NCBI GenBank assembly: GCA_036679645.1
Contig: JAZDCY010000046.1
Coordinates: 1-64,000 of the forward strand
Reading direction: 5' to 3'
DNA: 64,000 bases
Source: Gemmatimonadota bacterium
Lineage (GTDB): Bacteria; Gemmatimonadota; Gemmatimonadetes; Gemmatimonadales; GWC2-71-9
A model generated the notes under the pieces. It was not told the DNA's origin, ran no database searches, and saw only the letters and a program-made list of their open reading frames with translations. The position numbers were made by a program, and so were the translations under genes. How positions within the stretch are numbered: position 1 is the first letter of the stretch; every line of letters begins with the position of its first letter. Below are positions 32,119 through 40,930 of this stretch, piece by piece.

Positions 32119-33494
32119 TCATCGACGACGAACGCAATATCGGGCAGATGCTCTCGGCACTGCTCGAGGAGGAAGGACACGAGATCTGCAGCATCGATGG
32201 CGGGACATCGGCGGCCTCGCAATGCGAGGCGTTCGAACCAGATGTCGTGCTGCTGGACCTCGTGATGCCCGGCGGCCCTGGCGGCCTCGACGTCCTCGAG
32301 CAGCTCGTCACACGCCATCCGGATCTCGCCGTGATCATGATGAGCGGCAAAGCTACCCTCGCTGACGCCGTGCGCGCCATCAAGCTAGGTGCCTTTCAGT
32401 TCCTCGAGAAACCGCTCGCCGCGGAGTCTGTGGTCTCGGCCGTCGCCGCGGCCGCCGGTCTCGCCGCCGCGCGCGCCGAAAACCGCGTGCTGCGCGCCCA
32501 ACTGCCGGTGGACGACACCATGGTCGGATCGAGCGGGGCGATCATGGATGTCAAACACCTCATCGCGCGCGTCGCTCCCACGCCGGCCCGCGTCCTCATC
32601 ACGGGCGAGTCCGGGACCGGAAAAGAACTGGTCGCGCGAGCCATCCATGCGGCGAGCCCGCGCGCCGCGCGACCCTTCGTGCCCGTCAACTGCGCCGCCG
32701 TGCCCCGAGAACTCATCGAAAGTGAGATGTTCGGACACGAGAAAGGCGCGTTCACGGGCGCCCACGCGCGGCGCCACGGCAAGTTCGAGCTCGCTCATCT
32801 GGGCACCCTCTTCCTCGACGAGGTAGGCGACCTCGAACCCCAAGCGCAGGCCAAACTGCTCCGTGTGCTGGAGACGGGTCAGGTGGAGCGCGTGGGCGGT
32901 GAGCGCGCCCGACAGGTCGATGTGCGCGTCGTGGCGGCAACCAACAAGCGACTCGAACAAGAAGTCGAAACGAGACGATTCCGCGAGGACCTCTACTATC
33001 GTCTCAACGTCTTCCCAATTCAGGTACCGCCGCTCCGTGAACGCACCAACGACCTGACAGCGCTGACCACACACTTTGCGACGTTGGCGGGACACCGATG
33101 CGCACGTCCACCGCGCACGTTTCCCCCAGAAGCGCTGAACTGGCTGCGCGCCCACCGCTGGCCTGGTAACGTGCGCGAACTCGCCAACCTGGTGGAACGT
33201 CTCACCATCATCGGCGATACCGGCCCGGTCTCGCCAGACGAGATCCAGGGAATGCTCGGCCCCGGCCCACCGGTCGCAGCACCGGACGCGCAGCCCCGGC
33301 TCCCGGCCGACCGTTCCCTCGCCGGCGGCTTGTCCGACGCGCTCGAACAGGTCGAGCGAGACCTGATCGAAGCCGCTCTGGAGACCGCCCACGGAAACGT
33401 GGCTGAGGCCGCCCGTCGCTTGGAGACCGACCGCGGCAACCTCTATCGGCGTATGCGACGTCTGGGAATCGGTGGTCGCGCCGACGCGGACTGA
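32100..33494 (+). CDS. Sigma54-dependent response regulator (NtrC/NtrX-like)
   Basis: REC domain, GESGTGKE, intact GAFTGA, LFLDEV, WPGNVREL, C-terminal Fis-type HTH. Confidence 0.95.
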   Translation: MPTRILIIDDERNIGQMLSALLEEEGHEICSIDGGTSAASQCEAFEPDVVLLDLVMPGGPGGLDVLEQLVTRHPDLAVIMMSGKATLADAVRAIKLGAFQFLEKPLAAESVVSAVAAAAGLAAARAENRVLRAQLPVDDTMVGSSGAIMDVKHLIARVAPTPARVLITGESGTGKELVARAIHAASPRAARPFVPVNCAAVPRELIESEMFGHEKGAFTGAHARRHGKFELAHLGTLFLDEVGDLEPQAQAKLLRVLETGQVERVGGERARQVDVRVVAATNKRLEQEVETRRFREDLYYRLNVFPIQVPPLRERTNDLTALTTHFATLAGHRCARPPRTFPPEALNWLRAHRWPGNVRELANLVERLTIIGDTGPVSPDEIQGMLGPGPPVAAPDAQPRLPADRSLAGGLSDALEQVERDLIEAALETAHGNVAEAARRLETDRGNLYRRMRRLGIGGRADAD

Positions 33495-33526
33495 CACATC
33501 CGTGTCGAAGTGACACGCGTTTGACA
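33492..33526. promoter_or_regulatory. Candidate upstream activator sites (GACAC/GTGTC half-site array)
   Basis: TGACAC-ATCC-GTGTC-GAAG-TGACAC-GCGTT-TGACA, about 70-105 bp upstream of the -24 element. Confidence 0.5.
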
Positions 33527-33554
33527 GACTCATCCGGATTCGAGGTCTAATCTC

Positions 33555-33567
33555 TAACTCGTTGATG
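33555..33567 (-). promoter_or_regulatory. IHF-like binding site
   Basis: Minus strand CATCAACGAGTTA versus WATCAANNNNTTR (1 mismatch), in an AT-richer patch. Confidence 0.55.
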
Positions 33568-33595
33568 TTCAACAGACTAGCCTGCTTCATCTCGA

Positions 33596-33611
33596 CGGCA
33601 CGCACCCTGCC
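33596..33611 (+). promoter_or_regulatory. Sigma54 (-24/-12) promoter
   Basis: CGGCACGCACCCTGCC: GG at 33597-98, exactly 10 nt, GC at 33609-10. Confidence 0.7.
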
Positions 33612-33720
33612 TTTGCCCGGGGCAGGAGGTAGAAATGATCAAGGGAATTGTCTGGCCCGTATGCATCGCAACGGTCGATACCGTATTCGTGCGCACGCTG
33701 CCGGAACCGGGGGCGCAGCG

Positions 33721-35439
33721 ATGACCTCGCGCTGGATACTCACCTTCGCGCTCGCGCTGGCACCCGTTACTGCGACCGCACAGGACACCGTCGTGGTCCG
33801 TACCGGGAGGCCCACGCGCGTGTCGAGCGAGGCGGTCTCGTTCTTCAACGCGCCCAGCACGACGCGAGTCTTTGGCCGGTTCACCGTCGGATCGGATGAC
33901 GTCTACCCCGGCAACGTCGCCGTGCTCGATGGGCCGGTCCGGATATCGGGCGTGATCGAGGGCGACCTGGTCGCGATCAACGCCAACGTCAGTCTGTTGC
34001 GCGGTGCGGAGATTCGCGGCGATGTGCTCGTCCTCGGTGGGACACTTGCGACCAACAGCGCCGCCCACATCGGGGGCACGGTGCGGCTGTACCGTCGCAG
34101 CATCGACGTGCGACGGGCACGGGATCGGCTCGAGTTGATGGAAGAAGAAGACGAGCGGGACGACGACTATTGGCGCGATCGCTTCCGCCGCCGACGGGGC
34201 TCCAGGTACAGGGAACCGCACGCTTCGATCGTCGTAAGTACGGCCGGCACGTACAACCGCGTCGAAGGTCTCCCCATCCTGATCGGCCCCGAGCTGGAGT
34301 GGGGGGGGCACGTCCACGGTCGCATTCGCGCGCTGGGTGTGTTTCGCACCGCGGGCGACTTCGATTCGAATCGCGAGGATATCGGATACGCCCTCGACGG
34401 CTCGCTCCGCGTAGGGTGGGGACGCGACCCGGTGGTCCGTCTCGGCGCGCGCGCGTACGACGTGGTGCGATCGGTCGAGGACTGGCAGCTCACCGACGAG
34501 GAGATCGGACTCGCGTCCGTCTTCCTCCACCGCGACTACCGCGACTACTACCTGCAGCGCGGCTTCTCCGCGTATCTCGAGATCGAGCCGTCTCCGGGCT
34601 TCACGCTTTCGGGAGAGATCTCTCGCGACGAGGAATCATCGATCTCCGCACGTGACCCGTGGACGCTCTTTCGGGGCGAGGACGTCTGGCGCGCGAACCC
34701 GCGTATCGATGTGGGTGACTTCACGCACCTGCGCGCCGGGCTCGAGTGGGACACGCGGTACGATCGGCGCCGGTCCAGTTCAGGATGGCTGTTCCGCTTC
34801 GGTTGGGAACACGGCATCGTGGAAGACAATTTCGTGCCGCGCCCGCTGCCACTCGCCGTGCGCGCACCGCCGTCTCTCACCGACTACTCATACGACCGCG
34901 TCGTCGCCGACATCCGCCGCTACGAGCGGATTGGGTGGTCCGGCGAGCTGCGGCTGCGCGCCTTTGGCGCCGGTGCGGTCGGTGACAATCCGCTGCCGCT
35001 GCAACGGCGCCTCTCCCTCGGCGGTCCCGATCCCATGCCCGGGTTCCCGTTCCGTCGTTTCGCCTGCAACGGCGTGCTCACCGGCCCCGCTAAGCCAGCC
35101 CTGTGCGATCGGATCGTTCTCTTCCAGGCCGAGTACCGGGGCGACCTGTTCTTCGGAGTCTTCGATCGGGTCTTCGACCATCGGACTCGACGTGAACGAG
35201 AGCGGCACCATGGCCGGTACGATCCCCGGGATTGGGACGATTGGGGTTGGTTCGGCGGTCCAGATATAGCGCTCTTCGCCAATGCTGGCACTGGGTGGTT
35301 GCGTTCCGAGGATCCGGGAGAGCTCGAGTTCGATGTGGGCGCGGGCCTCGTGTTCGGCAGTTTCGGGGTCTATGGCGCAAAAGCACTCGACGAGGACGAG
35401 CCGGTCCGTTTCCTGGTCAGGTTCCACCAGCGGTTCTGA
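33721..35439 (+). CDS. Outer-membrane protein: beta-helix (polymer-forming/bactofilin-like) repeats + putative Omp85/TamA-like barrel
   Basis: Signal peptide ending ATA-Q; GNVAVLDG/GDLVAINA/GDVLVLGG repeats; YNRVEGL; LPLQRRLSLGG...PGF; terminal Phe. Confidence 0.7.
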   Translation: MTSRWILTFALALAPVTATAQDTVVVRTGRPTRVSSEAVSFFNAPSTTRVFGRFTVGSDDVYPGNVAVLDGPVRISGVIEGDLVAINANVSLLRGAEIRGDVLVLGGTLATNSAAHIGGTVRLYRRSIDVRRARDRLELMEEEDERDDDYWRDRFRRRRGSRYREPHASIVVSTAGTYNRVEGLPILIGPELEWGGHVHGRIRALGVFRTAGDFDSNREDIGYALDGSLRVGWGRDPVVRLGARAYDVVRSVEDWQLTDEEIGLASVFLHRDYRDYYLQRGFSAYLEIEPSPGFTLSGEISRDEESSISARDPWTLFRGEDVWRANPRIDVGDFTHLRAGLEWDTRYDRRRSSSGWLFRFGWEHGIVEDNFVPRPLPLAVRAPPSLTDYSYDRVVADIRRYERIGWSGELRLRAFGAGAVGDNPLPLQRRLSLGGPDPMPGFPFRRFACNGVLTGPAKPALCDRIVLFQAEYRGDLFFGVFDRVFDHRTRRERERHHGRYDPRDWDDWGWFGGPDIALFANAGTGWLRSEDPGELEFDVGAGLVFGSFGVYGAKALDEDEPVRFLVRFHQRF

Positions 35440-35453
35440 GGCGATATGCAATA

Positions 35454-36074
35454 GTGCGTCGCATCGCGTTCGTGCTCATTCTCGGCCTGACCCCCCGGGG
35501 AGCTGCGCTTGCGCAGACCCGCCCCGAGGTTGTGGTCGAGTATCGTACCGCTGGACAGCCCGGCGTGACCGTCCAGCTTCGCGCCCTACTCGCCGACCAG
35601 CGTTTCGTGCGCGCGATGGAGTCGGGATTCCCGTTGTATCTCGAGTACGAGCTGGAGCTACGCGAGTCGCGGTCGTTCTGGGATCGCACAGTACGTTCGC
35701 TAGCGTGGGAATACGTGGTGCTCTACGATCCCGTCCGCGAGGTGTTCGCCGTCGAGGACCAGGATGGCGGCGCGGAGTACTCCTCCGAGACATCACTTCA
35801 ACGGCGGTTGAATCGGGTTTATGTCATCCCGCAAGGATTCCCCAGCGCCGACGGCACATACTACTACAAGGCGAGCGTCAACGCACGCACACTGTCCGAC
35901 GAAGATGTAGACGAAGTCTACGCGTGGCTCCATGGTGCAAACGGCGATTCCGCCCGGCACCGCCGGCCGGGCCTCGTCACCCGTACGGCACGTCGTCTGC
36001 TGCAACGCGTGGCACCGCTCCCCCGTGAGCGCTACGAGGGACGCACGCGCGATGTGACGCCGCGCGGACGCTGA
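35454..36074 (+). CDS. Exported DUF4390-like protein
   Basis: Signal peptide; SGFPLYLEYELELRESRSFWDRTV...LYDP resembles DUF4390; GTG at 35454. Confidence 0.6.
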   Translation: MRRIAFVLILGLTPRGAALAQTRPEVVVEYRTAGQPGVTVQLRALLADQRFVRAMESGFPLYLEYELELRESRSFWDRTVRSLAWEYVVLYDPVREVFAVEDQDGGAEYSSETSLQRRLNRVYVIPQGFPSADGTYYYKASVNARTLSDEDVDEVYAWLHGANGDSARHRRPGLVTRTARRLLQRVAPLPRERYEGRTRDVTPRGR

Positions 36075-36114
36075 CGCTTGCGCTCTTCGCGCTACAGCAC
36101 GCCGTTTCTGGTTC

Positions 36115-36612
36115 CTAGACCTCGACCACGTCAGCCGTCCACGACACCTCGACGGCACCGTGCAACGAGTTCGCCGTGGGGCACTTCGATTGGTGTCGCT
36201 CCAGCGCGCGGTCGACAACCTCGCGCGACGCCTTCGGCACGCGCAACGCGTAACGGATCTCGATCCGAGTCAGAACCGGCATCTTGTCCCGGATTTCGTT
36301 GATCCCCTCCACGTCAGCGCGAATCGCGTCCGGCTCGAGTGCAACCCCGCGCACCTCCAGTGCGCCATTTAGTGTCCCGAGCATTCACGTACCCGTTGCC
36401 GCGACGATGTAGTCGACCGGCAGCGGAAGATTGGGCTCGTCGTACAGCTTGTAGTGCTCCTTGATGGCGCCGTGCACACCCACGTCGAACACGGTACCGG
36501 TTTCTAGACGCGCCCGCCTGTGTGCTCCCTTGATCTTCTCGATCCCTGCTCTCGATGTGTACACCAGATTACCTCTTGTTATGGTGCTCGACTCACCCCG
36601 CACACCTTTCAC
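36115..36612 (-). CDS. OsmC-like protein with in-frame TGA (probable selenocysteine at 36385-36387)
   Basis: ORFs 36385-36612 and 36115-36384 are contiguous and in frame: PVDYIVAATGT-*-MLGTLNGAL...KCPTANSL. The TGA sits where the first OsmC Cys belongs. Start codon uncertain. Confidence 0.85.
36349..36365 (-). promoter_or_regulatory. SECIS-like hairpin
   Basis: GCGCAC-UGGAG-GUGCGC begins 19 nt after the UGA; the G-containing loop lies 25 nt downstream. Confidence 0.7.
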
Positions 36613-36636
36613 CGTGCAACGTGCAACGTTAAGCCA

Positions 36637-37092
36637 TCAGCGTTCAGCGCTCAGCGTTCGAAACCAATACGTCTCCTTGAACACCGCCCCCCGTACCGCT
36701 TCCCATGCACGTCGAACACTGTCGGCATCGGGCGGCGTGGACGGGAATTCCTCGGCTCCGATGCTCATCGCGAAGACGAACAGTTCCTGGTGCGCATGCG
36801 TGCCCATCATTCGTGGCTCGCGCGTGATGATCGCGTCGGCAAGATCCTGCGCGGCGGCCGCAATTCGCCCGCCGGTCATGATATCGGCCGAGTCGGCATA
36901 CACATTGATCTCCAGGCGATCCAGCAGATAGCGGTACGGCTCCGGATCTACGGCACCAGGACGGCCCCGCGCCCCCGCAGTCGATGAGGCACCGGTCCCC
37001 GGTGGAACGCGGAACGCCCGGACCATCGCCAGGAGAGCCACGCCCACAACGAGAATCGCCAGCAGATCGAAGATGACACGGCGGGATCGCAC
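36637..37092 (-). CDS. Hypothetical protein with N-terminal membrane anchor
   Basis: 151 aa ORF filling the gap, one N-terminal TM segment, co-oriented with neighbours. Confidence 0.6.
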   Translation of the reverse strand: MRSRRVIFDLLAILVVGVALLAMVRAFRVPPGTGASSTAGARGRPGAVDPEPYRYLLDRLEINVYADSADIMTGGRIAAAAQDLADAIITREPRMMGTHAHQELFVFAMSIGAEEFPSTPPDADSVRRAWEAVRGAVFKETYWFRTLSAER

Positions 37093-37143
37093 GACGATAA
37101 CGTTAGCGAAGCGCTTCGATGTTCGCGAGAGGCCCCGTACCCC

Positions 37144-37758
37144 TCACAACGCGACGCGCACTAGCCCCCAAACAATCAGGCTAACACCGATGACGCGAGA
37201 CACCGCACCCCCCTGTGGTGCCACCTGCTCCAGCCACACGGCGAGCGCGAGAACCGCCATCCATACCAGGCTCATGATGCCGACGGCAAACACCACCGCC
37301 ATCAGCGCCCAGCAGCATCCGAGACAGAACAGCCCATGGCGCACTCCGAGCACCCACGCTGCGACCGGCCCGTCATGCCACCGCTCCAGAAAGAACCCGA
37401 GTGGTGAGCGGCAGTGTCGCAAGCAGGCCGCCTTGAGCGGTGAGAACTGAAACAGCCCCGCCCCGACCAGTACGGCACCACCCACCGTACTACCCAGCGC
37501 ATCACCGGCGGGCAGCATCCCTCGCTCGAGCAGCACGAGCTGTGCTGTCGCCCCGATCAAGGCGTACGGCACCCAGGTGGCGAAGTATCCAGAGAGAAAC
37601 TCCAGCCCCGTGCGCGCCGCACCGGCGCCGCCGCAGCTCGGCGCGGCCAGCCGCGCGACGACCGCCACCCATGGGGAAACGGCCGGCGCCATCATGACGG
37701 CCGTCATCGCCATCCACATCGCAAACGTGACCGTCACGGTCGTCGCGTGATCAGGCAT
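37144..37758 (-). CDS. DUF2182 predicted metal-binding membrane protein
   Basis: W..M..AMM.P-like segment, GY...W, FQFSPLKAACLRHCRSP, GLFCLGCCWALM. Confidence 0.88.
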   Translation of the reverse strand: MPDHATTVTVTFAMWMAMTAVMMAPAVSPWVAVVARLAAPSCGGAGAARTGLEFLSGYFATWVPYALIGATAQLVLLERGMLPAGDALGSTVGGAVLVGAGLFQFSPLKAACLRHCRSPLGFFLERWHDGPVAAWVLGVRHGLFCLGCCWALMAVVFAVGIMSLVWMAVLALAVWLEQVAPQGGAVSRVIGVSLIVWGLVRVAL

Positions 37759-38359
37759 CGTTCACCACCCACTCGAACTTCGTCCACAACCCGTGGGTGC
37801 CGTCCGTCGCAATCCGAATCGTGCCATCGTCGTAGGTGGTCGACCCCCGCGCGATGACCATCGAGGACGGGTGAATCTGATTGAACATGTTCTCGAACGT
37901 CACGGGACGTGACCGGTCCCGCCCGCGAATGGACTCGATCCGGGCATCGAGCAGACCGCGGACGACCACGCGTTTCACCGCCCCGTCGTCGTCGATGGTA
38001 ATTGGTTCGCGTCGCGTTGGGAGCGGTGTGCCGACGAACGGCGCGATCTTCGCCCACGGGCCACCCGCGCGTCCCGTGAGGATCCCTTCGATCGAGTCGG
38101 CCTGTTCGGCGCTCGCCGCCTCGTCGATGATCAATCGCTGAACCCATCCGCCGTCGATCATGTGCTGCGGGCTGTCGTAGGCGATGATCGCGGCTACGCC
38201 ATCGAGCACCACACTACCGAACCGCCCCTCATCCACGCGAATCGCCCAATACCCCATGCACCGTTCGTGCGAACAGAGTTGATCGAAATGCACGTGTCCG
38301 GGACAGATGAGCTGGCAGTTGCAGTTCTCGAAGATGAGTCCGCGCGCGTTCCAGCGCAT
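37751..38359 (-). CDS. DUF1326 family protein
   Basis: W...G..FENCNC...CP, IDE.AS.EQ...I..ILTG.AGGPW; overlaps the DUF2182 gene. Confidence 0.85.
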   Translation of the reverse strand: MRWNARGLIFENCNCQLICPGHVHFDQLCSHERCMGYWAIRVDEGRFGSVVLDGVAAIIAYDSPQHMIDGGWVQRLIIDEAASAEQADSIEGILTGRAGGPWAKIAPFVGTPLPTRREPITIDDDGAVKRVVVRGLLDARIESIRGRDRSRPVTFENMFNQIHPSSMVIARGSTTYDDGTIRIATDGTHGLWTKFEWVVNDA

Positions 38360-38465
38360 GAGCGCCTCGTGACCGTATGAGAATCGTTGGAAGGTAACCG
38401 CGCGGAAGCGGCCGGGAGGGACCGCGCCGGCGATCCCTCCCAATCTAAGTCGGTGGGGTGCTCTT

Positions 38466-40781
38466 CTACCGGCGGAACAGGTACTGGAACTTCGCGAAGA
38501 ACTGCCGCGACGTCTGTGCCAGGCCGAACGGTTGATCGAAATCTCTGTACGCCAGCGACGAGCCCACGAAGAACAACGTGAACGGGTTCACCTTGTAGGT
38601 CAGCAACGGCTCGACACTCACGGTTTTCGAGAAGTCGTTGTACTGCACGACGAGTCTAATAAACAGTTCGCGCGTGAATCGCAAGTTCGTGCGCACGCGA
38701 AAGATGAAACCGCTGAACAGCTCGCTGCCGTCCGATGTACTCAACTCGGAGAAGTTGACCGACGGCTCGACCACGAGCCGCGTGTTCGGCTTCAGCGTGC
38801 CAAAGAACTCAAGATCCGTTCCCGTGCCAAGCAACGGGTTCGAGCGATCCCGGAAGACGGACTCACCGTGAGAGACGAATGCCCCCAATCGGATCGGATC
38901 GGAGAAATTGGAGTTGACGAAAAGTCCCCAGCGTTGGATATCGTCGAAATCAACATCGGCAAACCGCTCACTACCGAAGTCGTACCAGAAGTTGATGAAG
39001 GTCTGGCCTACGAGATCCAGGCTGAGTCCCGGCTCGACCAACGTACGTTTCCCCACCCCCTCGTAGTTCCAGTCCCGCCGCGCAAAGATAGACGGACGGA
39101 TCTGATTCACGAGACGCGTGCTTGGATAGAAGAAGAGACCCTGCCACATCGTGAGGCGCCGATAGTCGTTGCGGCTCTCGAAACCATTGTCGGCTCGGAA
39201 TGTGGGCGTGGCCGTCCAGTAGTCAAAATCGAAGTTCCACGTGCGTGCGCTGCGCTCGAGACTCGTGTACTGTGCGAAACCGCTGTAAGACTCCCCGTCG
39301 AACGCCGCAGTATGGGCACCCCGGTCGAAGGATACGCCATTGATGCCCTGCGTCAGCGTAGTATCGTTGGGCTCGCGGGTGTGGGAGCCCAGGAGCTGAT
39401 ACTCCAATCGGTAGTTGCCCAGAAAGCGAAACACGCCATCGACGCCCGCCACCGACCCCGACCCCCCATCATCGAGACGTCGATCGGTGGCGATTGCACC
39501 CACATAGGAGTCTCGCAGGAAGGTCTGCCGCACGCGCACCACGTTGCTGAAGCTCTTCCCGGCTAGGCCCACGAAGCTGCGTTCCTCGAACGGCAGCAGG
39601 AGTGGTGAGTCTTCGTCCCGCGCCGCCAGGTAAGCAACGGTCGTTCGACCCATCCGGCCCACCAGCTTGGTAGCGAACTGCGGGTTGTTGATCTGGCGCG
39701 TGAACACTACGTCGAAATTCGTGTCGAACAGGTCGCTTCCTTCCTGGAAAAAGGGGCGGCGTTCCGGGAAGAACAGTGCGAAGGTCGTGTTCACGTCGAT
39801 CTGCGCGACGTCCGATTCAACCTGGCTGAAGTCCGGATTAATCGTGCCCTCCGCGGTAAGACCACCGGAGAACGCGTAGCGGATATCGAGCGCGACGTCG
39901 CCACCAACGCTCCCATTGTCGATCCCCGCGCTGGGATCGGAACTGTTCGAGAGCGCTCCGGCCTGCGAGCCAACTATCGACGGGAGCAGCTCGAGCGAAC
40001 CACCCGGGCGCACGCCCGAGATCCCCGTGAGCGTGCCGAACTGGCACAGGAAACACGGCTCGTCTCGATCTAGGGCTGCCCATGTATGCTGCTCCCGGCT
40101 CCCGCGCGGCCGGGTGCGCCAGAACGTGGCGCGCCACGTCTGTTCCGGGCGATCGGGGAACCGCAGGCTCGCGAACGGGATCGCCATCTCGATCTGGTAG
40201 CCGGAGTCGGTGACAAGTCCCTCGGTATGGTAGATGATGTCGAAGCCGTCGTCCTCACCGCTGGCGGTCGCGAATCGGCTATCGCCCTGGACGCCGAGCG
40301 GGTTCGCAAAGAGAAAGTACGCCCAGGCCGCGTCGCCGTAGGTGTCGAGCAGTATCCCGAAGTAGTCGTCCTGCCACATCTCGTCCCGGTCGCGCAGCGA
40401 GGCCCGAATTGACGCGGGGTCATCGTACGCGATGTATGCGACGTAGAGATTGTCATCGTCGTACGTCACCCACACCTCGCTGGGAACGTCGGGCTCGCCC
40501 TTCTCGCGCGGGAAGTGCTCCGCGAAGTTCACGGCGCGCGCCGCGTTGACCCAGCCGGGGTCGCCAAGCCTGCCGTCGAGTTCAATGGGCCCCGGCGCGC
40601 GGCTCACGTGCAAGGACGGTTCGATATTGGGCTGAAAGGATTCGACGGAAGGTGTCGTGGCCGGACTGCTCGACTGCGCGGTCGCTGGAACGGCAATCAG
40701 CGTCAACGCGGTGACCGCAAGTACGCACGGTCGGGAGAGACGCAGGGCAGGAGCAAGCCGCCGGTCGGGAAAGCGCACCAT
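38466..40781 (-). CDS. CBM9-like + DUF5916 outer-membrane protein
   Basis: Signal peptide, IELDG.L.D..W, YDDDNLYVA, EMAIPFASLRF, INPDFSQVESD, FFPERRPFFQEG, terminal FAKFQYLFR. Confidence 0.85.
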   Translation of the reverse strand: MVRFPDRRLAPALRLSRPCVLAVTALTLIAVPATAQSSSPATTPSVESFQPNIEPSLHVSRAPGPIELDGRLGDPGWVNAARAVNFAEHFPREKGEPDVPSEVWVTYDDDNLYVAYIAYDDPASIRASLRDRDEMWQDDYFGILLDTYGDAAWAYFLFANPLGVQGDSRFATASGEDDGFDIIYHTEGLVTDSGYQIEMAIPFASLRFPDRPEQTWRATFWRTRPRGSREQHTWAALDRDEPCFLCQFGTLTGISGVRPGGSLELLPSIVGSQAGALSNSSDPSAGIDNGSVGGDVALDIRYAFSGGLTAEGTINPDFSQVESDVAQIDVNTTFALFFPERRPFFQEGSDLFDTNFDVVFTRQINNPQFATKLVGRMGRTTVAYLAARDEDSPLLLPFEERSFVGLAGKSFSNVVRVRQTFLRDSYVGAIATDRRLDDGGSGSVAGVDGVFRFLGNYRLEYQLLGSHTREPNDTTLTQGINGVSFDRGAHTAAFDGESYSGFAQYTSLERSARTWNFDFDYWTATPTFRADNGFESRNDYRRLTMWQGLFFYPSTRLVNQIRPSIFARRDWNYEGVGKRTLVEPGLSLDLVGQTFINFWYDFGSERFADVDFDDIQRWGLFVNSNFSDPIRLGAFVSHGESVFRDRSNPLLGTGTDLEFFGTLKPNTRLVVEPSVNFSELSTSDGSELFSGFIFRVRTNLRFTRELFIRLVVQYNDFSKTVSVEPLLTYKVNPFTLFFVGSSLAYRDFDQPFGLAQTSRQFFAKFQYLFRR

Positions 40782-40807
40782 CAGTCACCTCTCGGATCTG
40801 TCACTGA

Positions 40808-40837
40808 TTGGACACGCCTAGCCGTCGGACGGTTGCC
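40808..40837 (-). promoter_or_regulatory. Candidate ECF-sigma promoter
   Basis: GGCAAC-N17-TGTCCAA upstream of the DUF5916 gene. Confidence 0.4.
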
Positions 40838-40930
40838 ATGCCGCGGCGTTGCGATCTGAGACAGGGTCACAAGCGCACCCCTAAGACCCGACCATCGACG
40901 CGCTCTCACCTATGGTTAGGTTAGCATGTC

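Noticed and set aside
32385..33605. Long antisense ORFs (also 42155-43543, 45603-47093, 52575-53633)
   Set aside because: Shadow frames of well-supported genes, as expected at high GC; no recognisable motifs.
36385..36387. Nonsense pseudogene or two separate small genes
   Set aside because: The stop falls on the conserved Cys position, both halves are intact and in frame, and a SECIS-like hairpin follows. Recoding is the better explanation, though not proven.
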